Source: an uncultured bacterium
Lineage (GTDB): Bacteria; Acidobacteriota; HRBIN11; JAKEFK01
Length of the DNA stretch: 64,000 nucleotides
Assembly (NCBI GenBank): GCA_963777505.1
Contig: CAVZQN010000004.1
Location: 896,001-960,000, forward strand
Reading direction: 5' to 3'
In this document: in pieces, positions 23,768 through 32,849 of the stretch
Layout of the letters: every line of letters begins with the position of its first letter
How positions within the stretch are numbered: the stretch's first letter is position 1
Notes under the pieces: model-generated
What the model saw: the letters and a program-made list of their open reading frames with translations, nothing else
Database searches by the model: none
Told to the model about the DNA's origin: nothing
Position numbers and translations under genes: made by a program

Positions 23768-25204
23768 TTAACTGATTTTTTCGCGGATCAAGCGATTCAC
23801 AAGTTCGGGGTTGGCTTTTCCTTTTGTTATCTTCATGACCAATCCAACCAGCACGCCTTGTAATTTTACCTCTCCCTTTCTGAGCCTCTCAACGACTTCA
23901 GGATTGTCTCGAATGACTTCATCTACAAAACGTCCCACTTCTTCCTCCCCTGAGATCTGGGTCATTCCGCTTTCATCCACTATGATGGACGGCTTTTTCC
24001 CGGTAGTCCACATTTTTTCAAAAATTTCTTTTCCCTGATTCGTGCTGATTGTCCCCTTTTGTATAACATTTACAAGGTCCGCAATATGTTCAGGGCTAAT
24101 CGGGGATTCATTAATGTGTCTGCCCGTTTCATTTAACTTCTGTAAAAGGTTATTCAGGATCCAGTTTGCAGTTTGTTTCGAATTGCTGCTTTTTTGGGCA
24201 GCCTCTTCGTAGAAGTTTGCAAGGTCACGTTCAGAGGTTAAAGTTTCCGCATCGTTAAAAGCTAATTGATATTGATTCACAAACCGAAGCCGCTTTTCGG
24301 CAGGCAATTCAGGAATCGTACTTTGAACAGAGTCATAAAATTCTTTTGAGATTTTCAACGGAAGAAGATCGGGATCAGGGAAATATCTATAGTCGTGCGC
24401 TTCTTCTTTTGATCTCATCGGCTCTGTTATTCCTTTTGTAACGTTGAATAATCTTGTTTCCTGCCTGAGAGCCTCACCAGTATCAAGTGCTTTCGTCTGT
24501 CTTTGAATTTCATACTCAAGCGCTTTTTGAACATTACGAAAAGAGTTTAGATTCTTAACTTCCACTTTAGTTCCAAGCGTGTCCGACCCTTCCGGCCGTA
24601 GCGAAATATTTGCATCGCAGCGAAGATTTCCTTCCTCCATATTTGCCAGTGAAACATCTGCGTAACGTAATATTGCTTTCAATTCGACGAGATAGTTATA
24701 TGCATCGTGTGGATTGTGAATATCAGGCTCTGTCACAATTTCGATCAACGGAACCCCGCTTCGATTGAAATCAACATAGCTACCATCGCTTTGACTCTCA
24801 ACGCCTTCATGCACAAGCTTTCCGGCATCCTCTTCCAAATGCAGACGTTTAATACGGACTATTTTTTGTTGCTCTTTGGACGGAATTGCAAGTTTTCCAT
24901 TTACAGCAAGAGGTTTATCAAATTGTGATATTTGATACCCTTTCGGCAAATCAGGATAGAAGTAATTTTTTCTCGCAAAAATCGAGAAATCAGGAACGGT
25001 GAAAGTTAATGCAATTGCTGCACGTACTCCGAGTTCTACAACCTTTTCATTTAGAACCGGTAATGATCCTGGCAACCCAAGACATACCGGACAGGTATTC
25101 TCATTCGGAGCGGCTCCGAAGCGAGTGCTGCAGCCACAAAAGATCTTCGTTTCTGTGAGAAGTTGAGCATGAACTTCGAGGCCAATAACGGGTTCGTATT
25201 TCAT
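23768..25204 (-). CDS. gatB: Asp/Glu-tRNA amidotransferase subunit B
   Basis: VIGLEVHAQL, RKNYFYPDLPKGYQISQ, HLEEDAGK, DYRYFPDPDL. Confidence 0.97.
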   Translation of the reverse strand: MKYEPVIGLEVHAQLLTETKIFCGCSTRFGAAPNENTCPVCLGLPGSLPVLNEKVVELGVRAAIALTFTVPDFSIFARKNYFYPDLPKGYQISQFDKPLAVNGKLAIPSKEQQKIVRIKRLHLEEDAGKLVHEGVESQSDGSYVDFNRSGVPLIEIVTEPDIHNPHDAYNYLVELKAILRYADVSLANMEEGNLRCDANISLRPEGSDTLGTKVEVKNLNSFRNVQKALEYEIQRQTKALDTGEALRQETRLFNVTKGITEPMRSKEEAHDYRYFPDPDLLPLKISKEFYDSVQSTIPELPAEKRLRFVNQYQLAFNDAETLTSERDLANFYEEAAQKSSNSKQTANWILNNLLQKLNETGRHINESPISPEHIADLVNVIQKGTISTNQGKEIFEKMWTTGKKPSIIVDESGMTQISGEEEVGRFVDEVIRDNPEVVERLRKGEVKLQGVLVGLVMKITKGKANPELVNRLIREKIS

Positions 25205-25240
25205 GTTTCACAAAAGAACAAAAGTATAGCATGACGTTCA

Positions 25241-25414
25241 TTGTAGCTTCGCGCATACGAAAGGGAGCAGGGGAGCAGGGGTGAAAGGGAGATTTGAATA
25301 AGCAGAGTTGTGTGTAGTTACGCAAGAAGTATTGCGGAGCTACAAACAACTTATCCTTACGATCTCCCCTGCACCCTTTCACCCCGGCTCCCCTGCATTT
25401 GCGCGGAGCTACAA
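25241..25414. repeat. Nested palindromic element family D, copy 2
   Basis: 15-bp terminal inverted repeats TTGTAGCT(T/C)CGCGCA, G-rich/C-rich arms, central TGTAG..CTACA hairpin. Confidence 0.75.
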
Positions 25415-25438
25415 TAAAGTCGTATATGATGAACCGCA

Positions 25439-25921
25439 ATGGGTACTGGAATCTTTCTCGGTTTAGGCTCAAATATTGGAAATCGGCTCGCGACATTAGA
25501 GAACGCAATCGAAATGCTGGAGCTTGAAATTGTTTCAACTTCTTCACTTTATGAAACTGAACCTGTCGCTTTTTCGAATCAACCGTGGTTCATAAACCAG
25601 GTTATTGAAGTAAAGACCGATCTGGATCCGCTGGAGCTTTTATCGTTATGCCAGAATGTGGAAAACAAACTTGGACGAACGCGCACAATTAGCAAAGGTC
25701 CACGAACAATCGACATCGATTTGCTTTTTTACAATGATGCAATCATCGAAAGTCATTTGTTAACTTTGCCTCATCCAGGCATTCCAAATCGACGATTTGT
25801 TCTAATACCACTCGATGAAATCGCTTCAAATTTCGTCCATCCTGTATTGAAGCGCTCGGTCAGTGAGCTGTTGAAAAGCACCATGGATCGTTCGGAAGTA
25901 AGACGAATTGATCCCACCTGA
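25439..25921 (+). CDS. folK: 2-amino-4-hydroxy-6-hydroxymethyldihydropteridine diphosphokinase
   Basis: LGLGSNIG, YETEP, GPRTIDIDLL, LPHP, RRFVLIPL. Confidence 0.95.
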   Translation: MGTGIFLGLGSNIGNRLATLENAIEMLELEIVSTSSLYETEPVAFSNQPWFINQVIEVKTDLDPLELLSLCQNVENKLGRTRTISKGPRTIDIDLLFYNDAIIESHLLTLPHPGIPNRRFVLIPLDEIASNFVHPVLKRSVSELLKSTMDRSEVRRIDPT

Positions 25922-25951
25922 TGGAATCTTTATACTATTTCGGGTTCAGAA

Positions 25952-26025
25952 GTAGGGGCGGGTCTAAGACCCGCCCGCCCGGCACATTGTATTAAAAAAC
26001 GGGCGGGTCTTAGACCCGCCCCTAC
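25952..26025. repeat. REP family A inverted doublet (REPIN-like)
   Basis: GTAGGGGCGGGTCTAAGACCCGCCC ... GGGCGGGTCTTAGACCCGCCCCTAC, perfect inverted copies. Confidence 0.85.
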
Positions 26026-26034
26026 AGAACAAAT

Positions 26035-26817
26035 ATGTTTGATTTGAAATTGAAGGTTTTTGAGAACGTTTGTCTGACCGGCAAATATTACAGGATGCGG
26101 ATTCGCGCACCTGAGATTGCATTGGAAACAAGGACCGGCCAGTTTTGTATGCTTCGCGCGGAAAATTCCGGCGAAAGCTTACTTCGGAGACCCTTTTCCG
26201 TTGCCGCAATTCGCGAAGGCGATATTCTTGAATTTGCATATACTTCAATCGGACGCGGCACGCGATTGCTCGCAGCACTCAAACCAGGGGATCCTGTTTG
26301 GTGTCTGGGGCCGCTTGGAAATACTTTTCCGATCATTGAAGGATGCCATGCAATCGTAGTAGCGGGTGGTATCGGCGTCGCACCATTTCCACTTTTAAAC
26401 AGCGTACTGAATCAACATCGAATATTTCCAGTGACTCTGTACGGAGCACGCAATGCCTCCGAGCTGATTTATGTGGAAGAGTTAAATCAGCTCAGTGAGC
26501 GTCTTGAAATCGCAACGGATGATGGAAGCGCTGGTTTTCATGGTTTTGTTACTCAGCTCTTGGAAAAGGAGCTTGAAAAAAAATCTCGGACTTCTGTAAT
26601 TTACGTTTGCGGACCTCATCCTATGATGAAACGTGTGAAACAAATCGCGGAACAATTTGATGTGCCCGCATATTTGTCTATGGAAGAAATTATGGGATGC
26701 GGTGTTGGAATCTGTATCGGGTGTCCAATCCCTGGAGTTACATTGAATGGTGATGACATCCAATATTTGTGCTGCAAAGATGGGCCAATTTTCCCATCAA
26801 GTCTTGTGAAATTATGA
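26035..26817 (+). CDS. pyrK: Dihydroorotate dehydrogenase B electron transfer subunit
   Basis: GQF, LRRPFS, GGIGVAP, CGP, MGCGVGICIGC...CKDGP Fe-S motif. Confidence 0.92.
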   Translation: MFDLKLKVFENVCLTGKYYRMRIRAPEIALETRTGQFCMLRAENSGESLLRRPFSVAAIREGDILEFAYTSIGRGTRLLAALKPGDPVWCLGPLGNTFPIIEGCHAIVVAGGIGVAPFPLLNSVLNQHRIFPVTLYGARNASELIYVEELNQLSERLEIATDDGSAGFHGFVTQLLEKELEKKSRTSVIYVCGPHPMMKRVKQIAEQFDVPAYLSMEEIMGCGVGICIGCPIPGVTLNGDDIQYLCCKDGPIFPSSLVKL

Positions 26818-27728
26818 AGCCTGATTTATCCGTTCAACTTGGCGAACTTAAATTAAAAAATCCGATTATGACTGCAAGCGGTTGTTTCGGATATGGTCTT
26901 GAGCTTACGGAATTAATCGACATTAACTTGTTAGGTGGAATTGTTTCGAAGAGTCTAACCCCGACTCCCAGAATGGGATCAATGCCGCATCGGTTGATTG
27001 AAACACCTTCCGGATTAATCAATGCGATAGGACTTCATAATATTGGGGTTGACACATTTCTAAATGAGAAGTTTCCAAAGCTTCAGAAATACGATACAGC
27101 TTTGTTCGTAAACGTAATGGGCAACACGATTGAAGAATATGGAGAGGTTGCCGCACGGTTTAAAGGTCTTGAAAAAATTGCAGGAATTGAAGTCAATATT
27201 TCTTCACCGAACGTCAAACAGGGTGGTATGCATTTTGGAGTCGATCCTGAAATGACTTATCAGGTTGTTCGGGCTGTTAAGGACGCAACTGATCGTCCGG
27301 TGATTGCAAAGTTAAGCCCAAATGTAACCGACATCGTATCGATAGCGAAACGTGCCGTCGACGCCGGGGCTGATATGATTTCGCTTATTAATACTTTAAT
27401 GGCCTTTGCAATTGATATTCAAACTGCGCGGCCGCATCTAGGAAATGTTACAGGCGGACTATCAGGTCCTGCAATAAAGCCTGTAGCATTACGCATGGTT
27501 TGGCAGGTTGCACAAAAAGTTCCAGTGCCTGTAATTGGCATGGGAGGAATTGCAACTTTAGAAGATGTGATTGAATTTTTAATGGCAGGCGCTTCGGCGG
27601 TACAAATCGGTACTGCAAATTTTTATGAGCCAGGAATTACAATTCGCTTGATCCGTGAACTTTCCGAATTCTGTACAGCACGCGGTCTTGATAGCATACG
27701 CAGTGTAATCGGATCTGTTAAAGTGTAA
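26814..27728 (+). CDS. pyrD: Dihydroorotate dehydrogenase (family 1B)
   Basis: NPIMTASG, NAIGL, NISSPN, KLSPN, GGLSGPAIKP. Start ATG 26814. Confidence 0.95.
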   Translation: MKPDLSVQLGELKLKNPIMTASGCFGYGLELTELIDINLLGGIVSKSLTPTPRMGSMPHRLIETPSGLINAIGLHNIGVDTFLNEKFPKLQKYDTALFVNVMGNTIEEYGEVAARFKGLEKIAGIEVNISSPNVKQGGMHFGVDPEMTYQVVRAVKDATDRPVIAKLSPNVTDIVSIAKRAVDAGADMISLINTLMAFAIDIQTARPHLGNVTGGLSGPAIKPVALRMVWQVAQKVPVPVIGMGGIATLEDVIEFLMAGASAVQIGTANFYEPGITIRLIRELSEFCTARGLDSIRSVIGSVKV

Positions 27729-27750
27729 GGTCTGGATCTGAGGTGTAAAA

Positions 27751-28158
27751 ATGCGTTGGATTTTGAGTGTTTTAGTTATCTTAGCGGTCGCTAATAGTGC
27801 ATGCAGTCCCAGTCAGCCTCCAGCTACTCCGGAAATTGAGCATAAGGATGAAGAGGGTCAAGTATTTATTGGGCTTGCATCCTATTACGGATCAGAATTT
27901 GAAGGTAAGACAACTGCTTCGGGTGAACAATATGATCCTACGAAAATGACTGCAGCCCATCGGACGTTACCTTTTGGCACTCGTGTTAGCATCACAAATC
28001 TTGACAACAATCGCACTGTGATCGCCACAATTACCGACCGGGGTCCGCAGCAACCTGATCGAATCATCGATGTTTCATTGAATGTTGCAACAGAACTAAT
28101 GATGCTTCCTTCCGGTGTGGTTAAAGTTAGAGTCGAAGTGCTGAAAGATGAACAATAA
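27751..28158 (+). CDS. rlpA: RlpA-like lytic transglycosylase lipoprotein (DPBB domain only)
   Basis: Lipobox-like NSAC, GLASYYG, TASGE, TAAHRTLPFGT, DRGP, RIIDVS. Confidence 0.88.
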   Translation: MRWILSVLVILAVANSACSPSQPPATPEIEHKDEEGQVFIGLASYYGSEFEGKTTASGEQYDPTKMTAAHRTLPFGTRVSITNLDNNRTVIATITDRGPQQPDRIIDVSLNVATELMMLPSGVVKVRVEVLKDEQ

Positions 28159-28825
28159 AGTTATTGTTGCTCTTGATACAAATACGGCTGCAGAAGCATT
28201 ACAAATGGCGAAACTTATTTCGCCTGTTTTCCCATTTTTCAAAATCGGAAGTCGATTGTTTACACAGGCAGGCCCGGGGCTTGTTCGTGATGTTCGCGAG
28301 TTTGGCCGTGTATTTTTAGATTTAAAGTTTCATGACATTCCGACAGTGGTTGCCGAAGCAGCAGCAAATGCAACGGAACTTGGAGTTTCTTTGCTAACGC
28401 TTCATACCTCAGGCGGTTCCGAAATGATGTCGCTTACAAAACAGCGGCTCCAGCATTTCGATCAGAAGCCGGCAATTTTGGGTGTTACGGTTCTAACCAG
28501 CACCTCTGACCTAACTGAGTTTGGTATTTCACGGACTGTTCCAGAACAAGTAGCATTTCTTGCAAGTCTGGCGCAGCAATCAGGAATGGATGGAATTGTC
28601 TGTTCACCCGCTGAACTTCCTGCTTTGCGTCAGAAATTCCCTTCACCATTTTTAATGGTGACACCTGGAATCCGATCGCCCGAAGATTCAAAAGGTGATC
28701 AAAAACGGACTGCCTCACCGAAGGCCGCACTGGAGGCTGGTTCGGATTATCTTGTAATCGGACGTCCAATCATCGAAGCATCAGATCCGCTTTCCGCCGC
28801 AAAACGGATTGCTGAATCGCTTTGA
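28148..28825 (+). CDS. pyrF: Orotidine 5'-phosphate decarboxylase
   Basis: IVALD, FLDLKFHDIP, VTVLTS, TPGIR, VIGRPI. Confidence 0.96.
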   Translation: MNNKVIVALDTNTAAEALQMAKLISPVFPFFKIGSRLFTQAGPGLVRDVREFGRVFLDLKFHDIPTVVAEAAANATELGVSLLTLHTSGGSEMMSLTKQRLQHFDQKPAILGVTVLTSTSDLTEFGISRTVPEQVAFLASLAQQSGMDGIVCSPAELPALRQKFPSPFLMVTPGIRSPEDSKGDQKRTASPKAALEAGSDYLVIGRPIIEASDPLSAAKRIAESL

Positions 28826-28855
28826 TTCAACCTTCTTCCCGCTAATAATGAAACG

Positions 28856-29581
28856 ATGCGCTGCAAACTTTTTATACCGATCTTTGTAGTTGCGACCATT
28901 ATTATGGGGTTGTTTTCAAGTATTGTGTCGATCTTCGATCGATCGGGACGCATTTCACATCACTTTGCAAGATATTGGTCTCGATTCGTTTTTGCAGGTG
29001 TCGGGATCCGGACGAAAGTACGTGGGATCAAAAATATTCCTAAAGATCGAGCTGTAATTTTCGCTGCAAACCATCAGAGTACGATGGATATTCCTGCGAT
29101 GTTTGGTTATTTGCCAGTCCAATTCCGAATTATGGCTAAACAGATTTTGTTCATGATCCCATTTTTTGGCTGGCATCTTTTTATGTCCGGACATATTCCA
29201 ATCAATCGCAAAGATGCAAGACAAGCATTCGGCAGCGTCTTTAAAGCTTCCAATCTTTTGAAACGCGGCATCTCGCTGCTGGTTTTTTTGGAAGGAACAC
29301 GTTCGAGAGATGGTAAATTGCACAGATTCAAAAGAGGTGGCTTTACTTTAGCTCGAAAACTGAACGTTCCGATCGTTCCCGTTGCAATTAAAGGATCAGG
29401 TAAGCTAATGCCTGCCGATGCGTGGACTGCAAAGGGCGGCACAATTGAAATTGAAATTATGCCTGCAATAGAGATTTCGCCTGAAAGTGATATCAATAAA
29501 ATTGCTCATGATGTGCGAAAGCAAATGATTGATGCAGGTCTGGAAGATGCTGAATCGAAGTCTACTAAGGGTTTAGATTGA
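28856..29581 (+). CDS. plsC: 1-acyl-sn-glycerol-3-phosphate acyltransferase
   Basis: ANHQSTMD, FLEGTRS, FKRGGF, VPIVPVAI. Confidence 0.88.
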   Translation: MRCKLFIPIFVVATIIMGLFSSIVSIFDRSGRISHHFARYWSRFVFAGVGIRTKVRGIKNIPKDRAVIFAANHQSTMDIPAMFGYLPVQFRIMAKQILFMIPFFGWHLFMSGHIPINRKDARQAFGSVFKASNLLKRGISLLVFLEGTRSRDGKLHRFKRGGFTLARKLNVPIVPVAIKGSGKLMPADAWTAKGGTIEIEIMPAIEISPESDINKIAHDVRKQMIDAGLEDAESKSTKGLD

Positions 29582-30468
29582 TGAATATAGAATTTGGACA
29601 GTTTTTGAACGAGAAGCAAAAGCTGATTGAGGCGCGACTTCTTGAACTTGTACCTTCCATGGAATCTGAGCCAAAGAAGCTTCATGAAAGTGTTCATTAT
29701 TCACTTTTTGCTGATGCTAAAAGGATCCGGCCGATATTCTCTCTTGCAGTCGCAACAATCTTTCGTGTGCCTGAAGATGAATTGCTGGATGGTGGCTGCG
29801 CGCTTGAAATGGTTCATACTTCTTCATTAATCCTTGATGATTTGCCCTGCATGGATGGAGCCACTCTTCGTAGAGGGAAACCTGCAAACCATCTCGTTTA
29901 CGGCGAGGATACTGCAATTCTCGCTGCTATGTTTTTGCTGAATCGATCCTATGGGATTCTTTCTAGCTATAGAAAAACATTTTTCAGCCCAACTTTATCT
30001 TCAACGCTGGCTTCAATCCTTTCGCGTTCTATTGGCTCGGAAGGAATTATCGGTGGTCAGGTTGTGGATCTTGCATCGAAAGGAAAAAATATTGATCTTG
30101 AAACTCTGGAGATGATTCATAGCCGTAAGACTGGAGCACTCTTTTATGCAGCGGCCGATATGGCAGCCTCATTTGGAAGAGCCCGGGATATTGATCGCAT
30201 CGCCGTGCTTACATTTGCGAAGAATTTAGGGTTGGCGTTTCAGATCAGTGATGACATTCTTGATGCTACTGCTGATTCCACTGTAATCGGAAAAGATACT
30301 CAAAAAGATACAGACAAAACAACGTTTATTACATTTTGCGGATTAGATGGTGCGCGATCCCTTGCAAAAGAATTAATTGAAACTGCAGTTGAAGCTTTAA
30401 AGCCATTGAAGTCACGCGGTGACCTATTGCGCAGTTTCGCAGACTTTGTCCTGAGACGAACGAAATAA
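29581..30468 (+). CDS. Short-chain polyprenyl diphosphate synthase (FPP/GGPP)
   Basis: KRIRP, SLILDDLPCMD..LRRG, GQ..D, KTGAL, FQISDDILD. Confidence 0.9.
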   Translation: MNIEFGQFLNEKQKLIEARLLELVPSMESEPKKLHESVHYSLFADAKRIRPIFSLAVATIFRVPEDELLDGGCALEMVHTSSLILDDLPCMDGATLRRGKPANHLVYGEDTAILAAMFLLNRSYGILSSYRKTFFSPTLSSTLASILSRSIGSEGIIGGQVVDLASKGKNIDLETLEMIHSRKTGALFYAAADMAASFGRARDIDRIAVLTFAKNLGLAFQISDDILDATADSTVIGKDTQKDTDKTTFITFCGLDGARSLAKELIETAVEALKPLKSRGDLLRSFADFVLRRTK

Positions 30469-30469
30469 C

Positions 30470-30634
30470 ATAGCCCCCAGCGTAAGCTGGGGGTAAAGAT
30501 GGTTGGGAAGTAGTCCAGCCCGCCCTTGATGGCGGGCGCAAGACCGTGAAATATTATTCTCTTACGCCCGCCGCGGAGCAGCGGGCTCGTCGTGTTCTAA
30601 CGTGCATTTACCCCCGGCTTACGCCGGGGGCTAT
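30470..30634. repeat. Family C ~165-bp nested palindrome (REPIN/MITE-like)
   Basis: ATAGCCCCCAGCGTAAGCTGGGGGTAAA ... TTTACCCCCGGCTTACGCCGGGGGCTAT termini, inner AGCCCGC..GCGGGCG / CGCCCGC..GCGGGCT pair. Confidence 0.75.
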
Positions 30635-30639
30635 CTAAA

Positions 30640-31173
30640 GTGAAGAGAATTTTTAGTGTGGGGCATTCGAATCTTCCACTGGAAGAATTCATATCGATGC
30701 TAAAGAAGAATCGTATCGAACTCATTGCCGATGTCAGGCGCGTTCCGCGATCAAGATTTAATCCTCAATTCAATACGACTAAATTAAAAGAGAGTTTGCA
30801 AAAAGAAGACATCGAATATTTCTGGATGCCGGAGCTTGGTGGTAAACGGGATCCGATTCCTGGTACAACGAACATTGGATGGAAGGAAGAAGCATTTCAA
30901 GGATATGCCGATCACATGCAAACTTCAGAATTCGATCATGCGCTTGCTCAGCTCATGATTCATTCAAAAATTCATACGACTGCATATCTTTGTGCAGAGG
31001 CTGATTATCAACGCTGCCATCGCAGACTGCTTTCAGATGCACTATCCGCCCGGGGTTTTGAAGTATTACACATCACAAAGACAAATGTCGTACCGCATGC
31101 GTTAACACCATTTGCCTGCGTTGAAGGAAATCGCGTTACATATCCTTCAGCGTCACCTGAGTTGGATTTTTAA
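30640..31173 (+). CDS. DUF488 family protein
   Basis: IFSVGHSN, DVRRVPRSR, LGG.R, YADHM, CAEA...CHR. Confidence 0.88.
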   Translation: MKRIFSVGHSNLPLEEFISMLKKNRIELIADVRRVPRSRFNPQFNTTKLKESLQKEDIEYFWMPELGGKRDPIPGTTNIGWKEEAFQGYADHMQTSEFDHALAQLMIHSKIHTTAYLCAEADYQRCHRRLLSDALSARGFEVLHITKTNVVPHALTPFACVEGNRVTYPSASPELDF

Positions 31174-31901
31174 AGCGCAGCGGGTGAAAGTCGTATGATC
31201 CGGAAAAGTTGCAGCATTCGGATAATCGGATAAACCGGATCGAACTCAAACCATTTAAACGCAAAATTCGTGCGGTTTGGATGCTTGTGATGATTGTTTT
31301 GATACAACTCACCCATCATTAAGAAATCCATCACAAGCGTATTGCGGGATTTATCATCATTCTCAAAATTTCTGTAACCATATTTGTGGCCGCACCAATT
31401 TACGATTGCGCCATGAATTGGCCCCATCAAGAAATGAACTGGTAAGAAGATGAGCATCCACAGGTCTGTGATGAAATAAAAATAGAAACATGCATACAAG
31501 ACACCCCAGAGGATTCTCAACCAATAGGAGTCAGTAAACTTTTCAAATGCTTTCCAATCAGGAACGTTCTGAGTGAAACGATCTTCCGGCGCCGTTCTGC
31601 CATGAGCGAAATCGCTGTAGATCGTCCACATTTGGACGATCATGCTCCAGAGGTTTGCGTGATGTGGTGAATGTGGATCTTCCTCGGTATCACTATATGC
31701 ATGATGCATTCGATGCATGATTGCATATGCGCCAGGGTTCAGATAAGAAGATCCTTGAACTATAAATGTCATCACGTGGAAAAATCTTTCCCAGAAGCGT
31801 GACATTGTAAACATCCGATGAGCGGCGTAACGATGAAGAAAAAACGTCTGACAAAAAAGTGAAAGAAACCAGTGCGCAACAATAAAAATTAATATGACCA
31901 T
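31170..31901 (-). CDS. Membrane fatty acyl desaturase (delta-9 type)
   Basis: His boxes HRYAAH, HRMHH...DPHSP, NNHH. Confidence 0.88.
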   Translation of the reverse strand: MVILIFIVAHWFLSLFCQTFFLHRYAAHRMFTMSRFWERFFHVMTFIVQGSSYLNPGAYAIMHRMHHAYSDTEEDPHSPHHANLWSMIVQMWTIYSDFAHGRTAPEDRFTQNVPDWKAFEKFTDSYWLRILWGVLYACFYFYFITDLWMLIFLPVHFLMGPIHGAIVNWCGHKYGYRNFENDDKSRNTLVMDFLMMGELYQNNHHKHPNRTNFAFKWFEFDPVYPIIRMLQLFRIIRLSPAAL

Positions 31902-32004
31902 TTGTAGATCCTTAACTCAACCACCGTGTGTTTATTGCTCCCGGTAAACCCGGTGGTGAGCTCCTCCTATTTATTATCTGTCAATTCCAAATCAAAAACG
32001 GTAA

Positions 32005-32013
32005 AGTATACCA
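32005..32013 (-). promoter_or_regulatory. Extended -10 promoter for the desaturase
   Basis: TGGTATACT on the minus strand about 100 bp upstream of the ATG. Confidence 0.4.
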
Positions 32014-32086
32014 TTTGGTGCAAGAACGCAATTGGAGTTCGAGAGATCGTCTCCAAATTTTGAGGCCTTTTGAAACCCAGTAAGCT

Positions 32087-32849
32087 ATGCCAGAAGCAGC
32101 AATAGAAACCGAGGACTTATGTAAAACCTACCTTGACAGAGCCCGCGGTGTCGTCACTGCTGTACAGGATGTCTCATTTCATTTGTTCGTATGGCGAGAT
32201 TGTTGGGCTTCTTGGCCCAAATGGCGCCGGAAAGACGACAACACTCCGGATGCTTGCAACTGTATTACAGCCAACTTCCGGAACTGCGCAGGTCGCTGGC
32301 TTTGATGTTGTATCTGAATCATTGGAAGTGCGGCGCAAGCTTGGCTTCTTAACCGGCGGCACAGGACTCTATGGAAGACTCACACCTCTGGAGATTTTCA
32401 GATTTTTTGGCAGGCTTCACGAAGTCTCCGATGAATACATTGCAAAGCGTTCCGCCGAACTTGTCAGTCTTTTTTCCATGGAGGCTTATCAGAATAGTCA
32501 TTGCAGCAAGCTTTCAACAGGTCAACAACAGCGTGTGAATCTTGCGCGAACTTTGCTGCATGACCCGCCAGTTATCATTCTGGATGAACCGACCGCAGGT
32601 CTGGATATTATCAGCAGCCGAACAATTCTGGATTTTATTCGCGAATCGAGAGCCGCAGGAAAATGTATTCTTTTTTCCACACATTACATGACAGAAGCGG
32701 AGATGCTTTGTGACAGGATCGCTTTAATTCACGAAGGCCGGATCCTCGCATTTGATTCAATCGAACAATTAAAGTCTGCAACCGGACGCGACAATCTTGT
32801 AGACGTCTTTTTCCATCTTGTTGAAGAGCATGAGACTCAGAAAGGTTAA
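32087..32849 (+). CDS. NatA-like ABC ATP-binding protein, interrupted by one extra T near 32177-32184
   Basis: IETEDLCKTY...AVQDVSF in one frame. GEIVGLLGPNGAGKTT, LSTGQQQR and DEPTAGLD in the next frame. Confidence 0.85.

Noticed and set aside
25101-25547. 148-aa minus-strand ORF, and similar ORFs at 1531, 1692, 30329, 58705 and 58776
   Set aside because: They run through GC-rich palindromic repeats and/or overlap confident genes; shadow ORFs.
32087-32305. Programmed ribosomal frameshift in the ABC ATPase or the other broken genes
   Set aside because: No canonical slippery heptamer or shared signal; error is more parsimonious.
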